A stretch of 64,000 nucleotides of DNA from a virus: the IMG/VR virus record IMGVR_UViG_3300029928_000198; one strand, given 5' to 3'. Below are positions 45,642-54,263 of this stretch, piece after piece. Numbering within the stretch: position 1 is the stretch's first letter; the number at the start of each line of letters is the position of its first letter. Made by a program: the position numbers and the translations under genes. The notes below the pieces were generated by a model. It had not been told where the DNA came from. It ran no database searches and saw nothing but the letters and a program-made list of their open reading frames with translations.

Positions 45642-46516
45642 TGCATCACCTCCTCGGACGGCTCGCAGCCCGTCTGTTGGGGTTCGGACGGGTTTAGACG
45701 GACTTCGGCGGATGTTTGGTACTCGGATACGTCCGAAGCCCCTTCGTCGATTCTAGAGGGCTTCTCGACATTGTTCTCGGACTCCGCGCACTTCATGAGG
45801 TGCAGCGGATCGTAGGGCGAAGACTCGACGTAATCGAGGATCGCGCGGCGGACGAGGACCATGACGTCCCTTCCCTCGCACAACGCCCTTCCGCGAAGCT
45901 CCATGTCCATCTCCTCGGACATGTACCACGACAGGCGGATGGTCTGGTCCCTCATCATCCCGAGCGGAAGGTAGGGGCGCGGCTCGTGGTTCGTTTTCTG
46001 AAGGAGCTGCTTTATCGCTTCCTCGACCACGGCGGTCATCTTCCGCCTTTCGAGATCGGCGACGACCTTGACGCGGTCCCTCAGCTCCCTGTCGATGCGG
46101 ACGAGTCCGTTCACGCGGGGTTCTGTCCTCTTCGAGTCTCCGGGACAGATGAGGTCGGTGCCTTCGAACCTGTAGCCCTCGGGAAGCCTGTTGTAGTCGG
46201 GACCGTACCTCGAAGCATCATCGGTCGCGTCTTGAGCGTCGGCGACCTCGGCGACGGCATCCGATGCTTCCGAGGATGCTCCATGCCCTTCGGTGCTTGG
46301 GGATGCAATCTTGGTGTTCGCTCCGTCCACGGGTTCGCTAGCATCATCCGCGACATCATCGATGTACTCCGCGCCTTCCTCCGATGCTCCGCGCACGCTT
46401 CCGTATGCTTCAAGTCCGCTTCCTGTCCTCGGTTCGTCGTTTGCGTACTCGTAGGCATCTTCGGTGTTCGTAAAGTCGGCTTCCGCCGTCGCAAAGGGTT
46501 CCCTTTCCGAACGCAT
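45638..46516 (-). CDS. Acidic protein with tandem RHH-like domains
   Basis: VRIDRELRDRVKVVA...VVEEAI; WYMSEEMDMELR...LVRRAI. Confidence 0.7.
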   Translation of the reverse strand: MRSEREPFATAEADFTNTEDAYEYANDEPRTGSGLEAYGSVRGASEEGAEYIDDVADDASEPVDGANTKIASPSTEGHGASSEASDAVAEVADAQDATDDASRYGPDYNRLPEGYRFEGTDLICPGDSKRTEPRVNGLVRIDRELRDRVKVVADLERRKMTAVVEEAIKQLLQKTNHEPRPYLPLGMMRDQTIRLSWYMSEEMDMELRGRALCEGRDVMVLVRRAILDYVESSPYDPLHLMKCAESENNVEKPSRIDEGASDVSEYQTSAEVRLNPSEPQQTGCEPSEEVMQ

Positions 46517-46587
46517 CAAACCTCACCCCTTTCCGAACGGTTTTCGGGGGTTTTTTGACCCCTTTCCGAACATACCCCTTTCCGAAC
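46501..46587. repeat. Four copies of CCCTTTCCGAAC
   Basis: At 46501, 46527, 46560 and 46576. Confidence 0.9.
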
Positions 46588-47394
46588 GCTTATCGCATCG
46601 TTGTAGAGGCGCATGTATTCGCTGTAACGGTCCTTCGTTCCCTTGTAGCGGTAGTACTCGACGGGTTCCCCGTCCTTGTTGTAGCGGATGGTCGGCTCGT
46701 CCTCCCTCTTCTTGAGTTCGGCGATGAATGCGGAGGTGGACATGCCGAGGATGTTCTCCGCGACGAAAGACAAGGACTTGCCCGCACGGGCGAAGTTGAA
46801 GATCATGTCCTCGGAGTAGATCTTCGTGGTGCGCCCGTCCTTGGTCTTGGCGGGGTCCAGAACGACGCGGCCCTTGGGGAACTTGTCCACATCCTCGGCG
46901 AAGGCGAAGCGGACGGGACGGCTGCAGTACTTGCCGTCCAGCTTGCGCGTGTACATGCCCGATTTGGTGTTGGCCTTGAGCTTGACGCGCTCCTCCTGTC
47001 CCGCCCAAGTCTTGATGTTGTTGAACACCTGACCGATTCCTGTCTCGGGGGTGCTGGATGAGTTCACGTAGCGAATCATGACCCCTCTGTCGCCCAGACG
47101 CTTGACGATGGTGTTCATGTCGTCAACATCCCTAGAGATACGGGACTCGTCTCTGGCCACGACCATGGTTATCCCCTCGTCGCCCTCGAAGATGGTGCCC
47201 ATGAGTGCTCTCCACTGGGTGCGCTTGGTGTTCCCTGCGGACATCTTCTCGATGAAGACATCGACGATGGTGACGTCGTGCTCCTCGCACCATGCCCTCA
47301 TCTGACGGACTTGAGTTTCAGGGTCCTGATCCTTGTCGTCGGTGGAAACCCTAGCGTAGAGGAGTGCTCTTGCTCCGGTGTACTTCTCGACCAT
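46516..47394 (-). CDS. Serine recombinase (resolvase/integrase family)
   Basis: YARVST catalytic Ser, Q..Q, SAG...R, SRISRD. Confidence 0.92.
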   Translation of the reverse strand: MVEKYTGARALLYARVSTDDKDQDPETQVRQMRAWCEEHDVTIVDVFIEKMSAGNTKRTQWRALMGTIFEGDEGITMVVARDESRISRDVDDMNTIVKRLGDRGVMIRYVNSSSTPETGIGQVFNNIKTWAGQEERVKLKANTKSGMYTRKLDGKYCSRPVRFAFAEDVDKFPKGRVVLDPAKTKDGRTTKIYSEDMIFNFARAGKSLSFVAENILGMSTSAFIAELKKREDEPTIRYNKDGEPVEYYRYKGTKDRYSEYMRLYNDAISVRKGVCSERGQKTPENRSERGEV

Positions 47395-47903
47395 CGCTCG
47401 TCCCCTCCGTCGGACTCGGAGGAATCCGCTCTGATGCGCGTTTCCCCTAGGTTCTCGTCTTCGTTTTGCGGTTCGGCGGAGGGTTCGTCGGAAACGGCGT
47501 TCTCCGAGGGTTCGGGTTCGCAGATGGTGGTCTGTACCATCTCGGCGTCGGTCGGGGTTTTAGCGACCGCTTCCGCGTCGTCCTCCGCCTTCTCGTCCCC
47601 TTCCTCGGGGACGATGCGGAATCCGAACTCCTTGTCGGGTTCCGATTCCCACATCGAAGCCACGAGGGAAAGTGCGTCGAAGAGCGATCTCCCCCTGTCG
47701 GAGATTGAGCAGTACACCTTGTTGCTGTACGGTACGGGGGATACGGAAACGAATCCCTTCTCTATCAGGATGTCCAGCTTCCTCTTCGAGCTGGTGTTGG
47801 AGTATATGGCGGTCTTGGATGCTCCATGCACATCGTGCAGTGCGCCGAGCAAAGAAAGCATACACGTGTCGCATGGCGTCAGGGTGTTCGGACTCTGCTT
47901 CAT
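47298..47903 (-). CDS. wHTH protein with acidic tail
   Basis: SKTAIY...KRKLDILIEKGFV...ISDRGR. Confidence 0.7.
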   Translation of the reverse strand: MKQSPNTLTPCDTCMLSLLGALHDVHGASKTAIYSNTSSKRKLDILIEKGFVSVSPVPYSNKVYCSISDRGRSLFDALSLVASMWESEPDKEFGFRIVPEEGDEKAEDDAEAVAKTPTDAEMVQTTICEPEPSENAVSDEPSAEPQNEDENLGETRIRADSSESDGGDERWSRSTPEQEHSSTLGFPPTTRIRTLKLKSVR

Positions 47904-48124
47904 GCCCTCCCCTCCATGAATCCGCTTCCGAAGCCGTCCGACCCCTCATAGGCCTCTTCGAGGGCGGGCATTTCGCGGGCGTAAATCGCCATGCGGTCTC
48001 CGTCCACGATGATCTGGGCGTTGGGGTGCTCTGCCTTGTATCCGTCGATGATCCTCTTTATCTCCGGGACGGTATCGCGGAATGTCGCAAGGATCGTTTC
48101 GCGTGTGGTGTTCGTCGCAGTCAT
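47900..48124 (-). CDS. Small hypothetical protein
   Basis: 74 aa, ATGA-coupled, AGGAGG RBS. Confidence 0.7.
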   Translation of the reverse strand: MTATNTTRETILATFRDTVPEIKRIIDGYKAEHPNAQIIVDGDRMAIYAREMPALEEAYEGSDGFGSGFMEGRA

Positions 48125-49350
48125 TGCGTTACCTCCTGTGTTTTCTCTTCATGGGAAGGGGTTTCGGAATCGGTTTTCGCGTCGCCTTGGGGCTGCGCGG
48201 TCTTCTTGGACCTGCCGGCGGAGGTCTTCCTCGCGCCTGCGCGTCCGGTGGACTTCGATGCCTTCTTGGCTCCGACCTTCTTCTTAGAAGCCCCCGTGCT
48301 TTTCGTGGCCGTCCTGCCGGCCTTCTTCCTGACGGCGGCAATCACCTCGGATGCCTTGTCGGCGATCTCCGCAAGGCGTGCGGGGTCCTCCGCAAGCGGC
48401 TGAGGGTTGTCGGGCTGGTCGTACTGGTCGTAGCCGAAAAGACCCGCATAGTCCTCTTCCGACTGGCTGCGGATTTCAGAATGATGGGCGACTGCTTCGT
48501 TCCCCTTGGGGCCGGGAATCTGCTCCACGGCCCTGCGCCCTGCGTTGCGGGGTACGATGGGGCGTATCGCTTCGCGGGTCCCCAAGGGGATGATGCTGGG
48601 CCTAGGCTCGCGGAAGTTCGAATCGTCCTCGTCGGTCACGGGGATGATTATCGGCTCGTCCTCGGGGATGTCGTCGGACGTGTCCAGAGGCTCATCGATC
48701 TCGTCGTCCTCGGGAATGTCATCCTCGGACATCTGGTCCTGAGGGGTCTGAGAATAGAGGCTCTTGAGGTCTTCCAGCTGCTTGCGGAGCGCGTCGATCT
48801 CGTCCTTCAGGCCAGCCGTCTCGTCGTCTTGGAGGTAGTCGGCATAATCGCCTTCCTCAGGCTCTTCCTCGACGTCTTCGTGCTCCTCTTCTTCAGGCTC
48901 CTCGTCTTCGGAATCCGCGTTGGAATCCTCGAATCCCCCTTCGACGCCCATCTCCTCGTAGTAGGGGTTCAGGGCGTCCGCAAGCATCGAAACGTAGTCG
49001 TCCTTGGACAGGATGGCGTTGCGGATGGACGTGTCGCATAGCTCAAGGTCCTCAAGTGTGGATTCGCACCATTGGCCGTGGAGGTCAATGTCGTCCGTCA
49101 TGGTCTTCGGAAGCGCAGGCTCCTTCAGGATCTTCCGAGTGGTCATCAGGGAATTCTGGACTACGGGTTTGGCAAGTCCGATCATCCTTGCGACCTGCTC
49201 AAGCAGGACGGTATCGGATTCTCCGGAAGGCGCGATGGACTCCTTGTACTGGTGGAGCGCGGAGTTGACCATCACCACATGGATGTGGGCCTTGAATGCG
49301 TCACCCAGAAAGCGTGCAAGGATGGGCGTCCCCCTCTTGGCCTCGGTCAC
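48121..49350 (-). CDS. Protein with helical N-terminus, long acidic region and K-rich tail
   Basis: GTG start 49350 with AAGGAGGT RBS and GTGA overlap. Confidence 0.75.
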   Translation of the reverse strand: MTEAKRGTPILARFLGDAFKAHIHVVMVNSALHQYKESIAPSGESDTVLLEQVARMIGLAKPVVQNSLMTTRKILKEPALPKTMTDDIDLHGQWCESTLEDLELCDTSIRNAILSKDDYVSMLADALNPYYEEMGVEGGFEDSNADSEDEEPEEEEHEDVEEEPEEGDYADYLQDDETAGLKDEIDALRKQLEDLKSLYSQTPQDQMSEDDIPEDDEIDEPLDTSDDIPEDEPIIIPVTDEDDSNFREPRPSIIPLGTREAIRPIVPRNAGRRAVEQIPGPKGNEAVAHHSEIRSQSEEDYAGLFGYDQYDQPDNPQPLAEDPARLAEIADKASEVIAAVRKKAGRTATKSTGASKKKVGAKKASKSTGRAGARKTSAGRSKKTAQPQGDAKTDSETPSHEEKTQEVTQ

Positions 49351-49526
49351 TGGAAGACCTCCTTGGTTCTCAGGGGAATCATGGACCATCCGCTTCCAGC
49401 CATGAATCCGCTGGCCCTGTATCCGCACTCGAAGCATCTGAACGTCCCCATGAAGGGGTTGCGGGGGTGGATGGACATCTCGCCCACGGCCTTGCAGCAG
49501 GGGCAAACGATGATGTTTCCGCTCAC
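49347..49526 (-). CDS. Small zinc-finger protein
   Basis: CPCC...CFECG; GTGA overlaps at both ends. Confidence 0.6.
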   Translation of the reverse strand: MSGNIIVCPCCKAVGEMSIHPRNPFMGTFRCFECGYRASGFMAGSGWSMIPLRTKEVFQ

Positions 49527-50140
49527 TGGACCGCCCCCTCGATGGGAATGAGGAAGACGCACCTGTCCGTGTCGATGCGGAGGACATCCCCTAGGATGGA
49601 AGCGGAGGATATGTCGAAGATTCCCGAAGTTTCGGAGCAGTCAGACACTTCGACCCACGATTCGGAGCAGTCGGTGCAAATCGACAGGCCGCATCCCGCA
49701 TCCATGCGGAAGTAGTCCATGTCGTCCTCTCCGTCGATTCCTTCGGCATCGACCTTGACAAATCCATCGGGCGAATCGATCCATGTCATCTCGACGGCCG
49801 AAACGATCCTCTCGGCTTCCGATGCCGAAATCGAAGAGATGCATCCCGATCCGACTGAGAAAGGCTCGCACTCCATCTCGAATGTGGGGAATGCCACCAT
49901 GAAGCCGTCAATGCAGTAGACAACGGCCATCCTGTCCTCAATCTCTATGACGGAAACCCCGTCGTAGCGGAGGATGTCGCCGGGTTCGTCGTCGCAAGGG
50001 ATGCGGAGGACGGAGCCGTTCTGACAGGGAAGCGAAATGTCCTGCCAGACGTAGCGTCCCAAGGAGCAAAGGACGTCGTGGTACTCCGTGGATATGGCGT
50101 CGCATATCTCCATCAGGCCCGAGGCATGACCGAAGTTCAT
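49523..50140 (-). CDS. Acidic beta-rich hypothetical protein
   Basis: 205-aa ORF, ATGA-coupled. Confidence 0.7.
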   Translation of the reverse strand: MNFGHASGLMEICDAISTEYHDVLCSLGRYVWQDISLPCQNGSVLRIPCDDEPGDILRYDGVSVIEIEDRMAVVYCIDGFMVAFPTFEMECEPFSVGSGCISSISASEAERIVSAVEMTWIDSPDGFVKVDAEGIDGEDDMDYFRMDAGCGLSICTDCSESWVEVSDCSETSGIFDISSASILGDVLRIDTDRCVFLIPIEGAVQ

Positions 50141-50397
50141 AGGCTCAGCCTCATTATCTCGGCGGACAGTGTGTCCAGAAGCGTCACTCCAGACTCGATG
50201 AGTCCAATGGTGGAATCCCTCATCCTGACGAGTTCCGCCAGCTCATCGACGTCCTCGAAGCCGTTCAGGCAACGGTAGTGCTTGTTGATGCGGTCGGAGC
50301 AGAGCGAAACCCTCTGGGCCGCGTTGTACATCTCCTTGGACAGATTCCTGATCTTGGGATACGGATTGTAGCTCTCGTAAGGCATTAGCTCGTTCAT
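50137..50397 (-). CDS. Small helical hypothetical protein
   Basis: 86 aa, ATGA-coupled. Confidence 0.7.
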   Translation of the reverse strand: MNELMPYESYNPYPKIRNLSKEMYNAAQRVSLCSDRINKHYRCLNGFEDVDELAELVRMRDSTIGLIESGVTLLDTLSAEIMRLSL

Positions 50398-51641
50398 TGA
50401 TAGCCCTCCAATGGGTGAACTGCTGTCTCCTTGGGGTGGGCCTTGGCGGTCTGCTGACTAGCCTCGGCAAAAGAATCAAGGGACATCTGGGTGCGCATCA
50501 TCTGGGCGTTGGTGTCGTTGGACTGAACCTTCAGGAGGTTCGCGCTGATCTGCACCTGCCTAGCCGAGAAGTCCAGCTGCATCTGCTGAGCGCGGGACAT
50601 GACGGCCATGGTGGAGATCATCTCGTCCATGACGGCCCTCAGTCCGTGAAGCTCTTCGAAGAGCTGTTGGGTCGAAATCTCCTGACTCGCGGCCTTGGAC
50701 TCGATGTCCATGATGCGTGTCGGAAGGTTCGACATAATGCGCAGCTTCTCGTTGAAAAGCGGGTCCTCGGAGTGCTCCATCTCCAGCTCGGGCTGGCCCT
50801 TGGAGGTATCGACGATGAGGTCCGCGTTTGGGTCGTACTGTTCGATGTCGAAGTGCTTGCAGAGCGGGTGGTTCTCCCACGCGATGTGCAGGCGTCCGTT
50901 GAAGTTCTCGTTCGGGGTGAGAACCCATCCGTTGATGGCTAGGGCGTACTCGATGTACTCCGCACGCTGGCGGAAAAGGTCCATGATCTCGGCCTTGGTC
51001 GTGTACACCGAAGGGTCGTAGTAGAGGCGTCCGGGGCTGAGGTAGAGGTACTGGCTTCCGGTGGAGGGGAACCAGCGGTAAGAGAATGCGACCTCCTGAC
51101 CGAACATCCTGAGGCTTCCGCGCCTCTGAAGTCCGGACCTGAGGACCTTCTTGACCTCGTCGCTGACGTATCCGAGGGTGTAGCCATCGGGGTCGGCTAT
51201 GCGATCCATCTCTCCTACGGCATTCACCGTATAGGCGAACGTCCCATCGAGATGGGCTTCGGCGAATCCGTCGGGGCATTCTTTAGCGACCGAAATGCCG
51301 TGGGTTTCTAGGCTCGGAGGGGCCGTCCGACCCCTCATTGATGCAAAGGGGGCCTCTTTCTCAGCCGTCCGCTTTTCTGACCCCCCTTTAGGGGGGTCAG
51401 CCTTCGTGGTCTTGATAGAGTCGGACGGAACGCGGAAAAGACGGGGGTTGTACGCCTTAGGCCGTCCGTTCTCGATGTAATAGTCCTCGACCAACTCGCC
51501 GAAGACGATCAGATTGTCGATGATCTTGTTGACCTTCGACTTGCCGATACTGAGCTTGCTGGCCGTCCATGTTACGCTCTTTCCGGAAAGGAGCCAATTG
51601 CGTACCTGCACCTCTTCCGAGGTAAGCGCACGGTGCACCAA
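50394..51641 (-). CDS. wHTH-containing putative replication initiator
   Basis: N-terminal wHTH, repeat-rich linker, AHL..., HIAWENHPL, DTSKGQPELE, C-terminal coiled coil; next to an iteron-like array. The CDS is solid; the function is inferred. Confidence 0.5.
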   Translation of the reverse strand: MVHRALTSEEVQVRNWLLSGKSVTWTASKLSIGKSKVNKIIDNLIVFGELVEDYYIENGRPKAYNPRLFRVPSDSIKTTKADPPKGGSEKRTAEKEAPFASMRGRTAPPSLETHGISVAKECPDGFAEAHLDGTFAYTVNAVGEMDRIADPDGYTLGYVSDEVKKVLRSGLQRRGSLRMFGQEVAFSYRWFPSTGSQYLYLSPGRLYYDPSVYTTKAEIMDLFRQRAEYIEYALAINGWVLTPNENFNGRLHIAWENHPLCKHFDIEQYDPNADLIVDTSKGQPELEMEHSEDPLFNEKLRIMSNLPTRIMDIESKAASQEISTQQLFEELHGLRAVMDEMISTMAVMSRAQQMQLDFSARQVQISANLLKVQSNDTNAQMMRTQMSLDSFAEASQQTAKAHPKETAVHPLEGYQ

Positions 51642-51828
51642 TCAAAGCACCTCCGGGCGGTTGCTAACACCACTGGTACCCGTCCGTCCGAAAGAGGCCC
51701 CCTCATTGACCCTCTTTAGGGCCTCATTAGCCTCTTTCGTCCGAGCGGTTTTTCCTATTACGTAGTAATAGGAAGGGGCCGTCCGAAGGCCGTCCGTTAA
51801 GCCGTCCGAGCGGACGGATAGCGGACGG
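51319..51828. repeat. Iteron-like (G)CCGTCCG array with two perfect hairpins (origin candidate)
   Basis: At least 10 copies in both orientations; 11-bp stem at 51377-51400; 10-bp AT-rich stem at 51752-51774. Confidence 0.65.
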
Positions 51829-52384
51829 GCTGTTTCGGACATGAAAATGAAGGGCGTCCGGCTCGAAAAAACGGAAATGGGATGCTCGAAATCTGTCGCC
51901 GGAACGCCCTTGTGAAGACGCGAAATCGTCTGCTTGTATTCGACGATTGACGGATTGCTTTGGGTGATAAAAAACGAATCGAACCCAAGCAGACTTGAGC
52001 AGGCGACCTCGCATACGCTGTGAGATCCGCCGAATGGGAATGTCGGCGAAGTGGTGTTGCGTAGGTTCCGAGGGTTCATCCTGTCGTGTCTCCACGACAA
52101 ACAGACTCACGCCTCAGTCAGTTCGAGGACTGGAATTGGGATTTTCCAGTCAGATTAACAATTGTTTGTAGATTGCTTACCCCGTGATTCGGAAATTAAT
52201 AGAGCCCTATGAGTCCTGACGGTGTCCCACGGTCCGGGCGCAGAGATGCGCTCATGGACCGTTATCGATCCTACAGCCCAAATGTGACCTATCCATTCCG
52301 AGTCACGGCTCCGCAACCCGTGCATCCAATCATTGCCGAGCCGTACCAAAGCGTTTGATGTTTGTCGGAACATAAATCAGCCAA

Positions 52385-52479
52385 GGGGTTTTTAACCCTT
52401 TCCGAACACTTCGGACCAATGGCCACATAGAATGACGAACAACCCCTTTCCGAACACTCCGATGATGTCGGAAAGGGGG
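52385..52479. repeat. Second CCCTTTCCGAAC cluster
   Basis: Direct copies at 52396 and 52444, inverted partial copy at 52467-52479. Confidence 0.85.
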
Positions 52480-52496
52480 CAAACGGTTTGAAAATC

Positions 52497-54071
52497 TCAA
52501 GCCGTCAAGACCTTGCGCATCCTGCCGCCGATGCGCTCCTGCGCCTTCAGGATCCGCTGCGTGTTGACATTGATGTACCTGTTGAGGGTCGTATCGAGCT
52601 TCACATGCCTCATCATTATGCGAATCATGTTCTGGTCAACGCCGTCCTCGTAGAGGGATGTCGCGTAATATCTCCGGAAGCAGTGGCATGAGAAGCGGAA
52701 TCCCAACCTATCCGAGAACCGCCTTATCATCGACGCTATGCCCTCCGGAGTGAACGGCTTGCCAGCATTGGTTCCGCTGTCGCAAACGATCAGACGTCCG
52801 TACGAGAAATCCCCGCATCCCTCCAAGACCCCTGCCCTGTATTCGAGGTACTGGTCAATGAAGTACCTCGTATCCTCGTCCAGCATCAGCTCCGATTCCT
52901 TGCCGCTATGCCCATGGCCCTTCCCGCAAACGTGGAGCGTCCTGTCACCCACATCCGAAACCATGAGGTTCACCATCTCGGACTTGCGGAGGCCCATGAG
53001 CGACCCGAGAACAACGACGATCCGTTCTGTAGGGTCCGCATTCTGGACGATCTCGGCCCACTGGTCATCGGATAGGAAAATCCTCGACTGTACTATGCCC
53101 TCGTTCCACCGCATCAGACGGTCGGAGTAGGGATTCCTCCCTATCGCATGCAGACAGAACTGGCCGAAGACGGTAAGGTAGGTCCTCAGCGTCAGCTCGG
53201 ACACCCGATCCTGCTCGTAGCGCACATCCCTCAGGTCCTCCACTGTAATGTCCTCCAGCTCGAAATCGCCGATAACGGATTCGATAACCCTTATCGCGTA
53301 CACGACGGAGTTGACTTGGGACTGACAGGTGGACGGACGGTAGCGGAATTCGATCATGTGGTCGTAGTAGCTCCGTATCCTGTCGCCGAACTTGCCCGAG
53401 AAGACGCGCGAAGACCAGATGCCGAACGTGCGGAGGTCGTGGAACTGAGCCTGAACGGCCCCTGCGCCGCTCCATTCGGCGAAACGGGCAAGGGAATTCG
53501 CCACCTTGTTCCCGCATCCCGGGTCCCTGCCGACCTGCTCCGAAACCTCCAGAATGTGGTCGGCTCCGATGTCCGACGGAACGATGCCGGGGTGCGTGCG
53601 AAGCAGATGGAGGAGACCTCTTCTGGCCAGCCCCCGATGGGTTCCGGCATTCATCGGACCCATCCCGTGGGAAACCATCCATTCGGCCCAGTCGTCCAGC
53701 TCATCATCGTAAGGACAACCGATGCCGGATGTGTCGCATTCCCCGCGGCATACCGATTCGTATTCGCGGTAGACGTCGCGTCCCGTCAGGAATCCGATGA
53801 AATCGCCGAAGTATCTGAGGTACCGCTGCTTGTTCATCTCCGTTGACGGGGGAAGCTCGCCGTAGACGGTGTCAAGGTCTTCCGTGACAACCCCCTCGGG
53901 GTCGTACCTTCCCAGAAGCTCGAAGCACGTTCTGGCGCATCTGACCTTCAGCCGCACCGTCGATGGCGCATTGTCGCGCCGAAGCCGTTCAGCCCATCCA
54001 TACAAATCTGCGTCGATCTGACAGTCTGCCGTGTGAATCCCTCCAAGGGGTTTCCGGAGCAGGCGTCCCAT
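52497..54071 (-). CDS. Tyrosine recombinase/integrase with an extended, repeated N-terminal region
   Basis: GLRKSE (R), CGKG (K), HCFRR (HxxR), MRH (H), RYI (Y). Confidence 0.92.
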   Translation of the reverse strand: MGRLLRKPLGGIHTADCQIDADLYGWAERLRRDNAPSTVRLKVRCARTCFELLGRYDPEGVVTEDLDTVYGELPPSTEMNKQRYLRYFGDFIGFLTGRDVYREYESVCRGECDTSGIGCPYDDELDDWAEWMVSHGMGPMNAGTHRGLARRGLLHLLRTHPGIVPSDIGADHILEVSEQVGRDPGCGNKVANSLARFAEWSGAGAVQAQFHDLRTFGIWSSRVFSGKFGDRIRSYYDHMIEFRYRPSTCQSQVNSVVYAIRVIESVIGDFELEDITVEDLRDVRYEQDRVSELTLRTYLTVFGQFCLHAIGRNPYSDRLMRWNEGIVQSRIFLSDDQWAEIVQNADPTERIVVVLGSLMGLRKSEMVNLMVSDVGDRTLHVCGKGHGHSGKESELMLDEDTRYFIDQYLEYRAGVLEGCGDFSYGRLIVCDSGTNAGKPFTPEGIASMIRRFSDRLGFRFSCHCFRRYYATSLYEDGVDQNMIRIMMRHVKLDTTLNRYINVNTQRILKAQERIGGRMRKVLTA

Positions 54072-54159
54072 CTCGCCTTTACCGATGTGGTGTATGTTGT
54101 CAAATGTATTCCATTTATTTGTACTTTGCGGCTGTTATTATATACTTGTAATTTTCAGG

Positions 54160-54181
54160 CGAATTGCATATATGCAATTCG
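54160..54181. repeat. Perfect 22-bp palindrome
   Basis: CGAATTGCATATATGCAATTCG. Confidence 0.85.
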
Positions 54182-54263
54182 GCAAGCTCGGAGAAGCGTA
54201 AAAGAGGGGTTAAAGGGGGCCGACGCAAGACTGCGCCGACCTGCGTTTACCGCGCGAAATCCT

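Noticed and set aside
49523-50140. Possible sliding-clamp-like fold for the 205-aa beta-rich protein
   Set aside because: Only a compositional impression with no diagnostic motif; needs structure prediction
51642-52100. 152-aa ORF upstream of the Rep-like gene
   Set aside because: It runs through the iteron/hairpin region with atypical composition; more likely non-coding origin or promoter DNA
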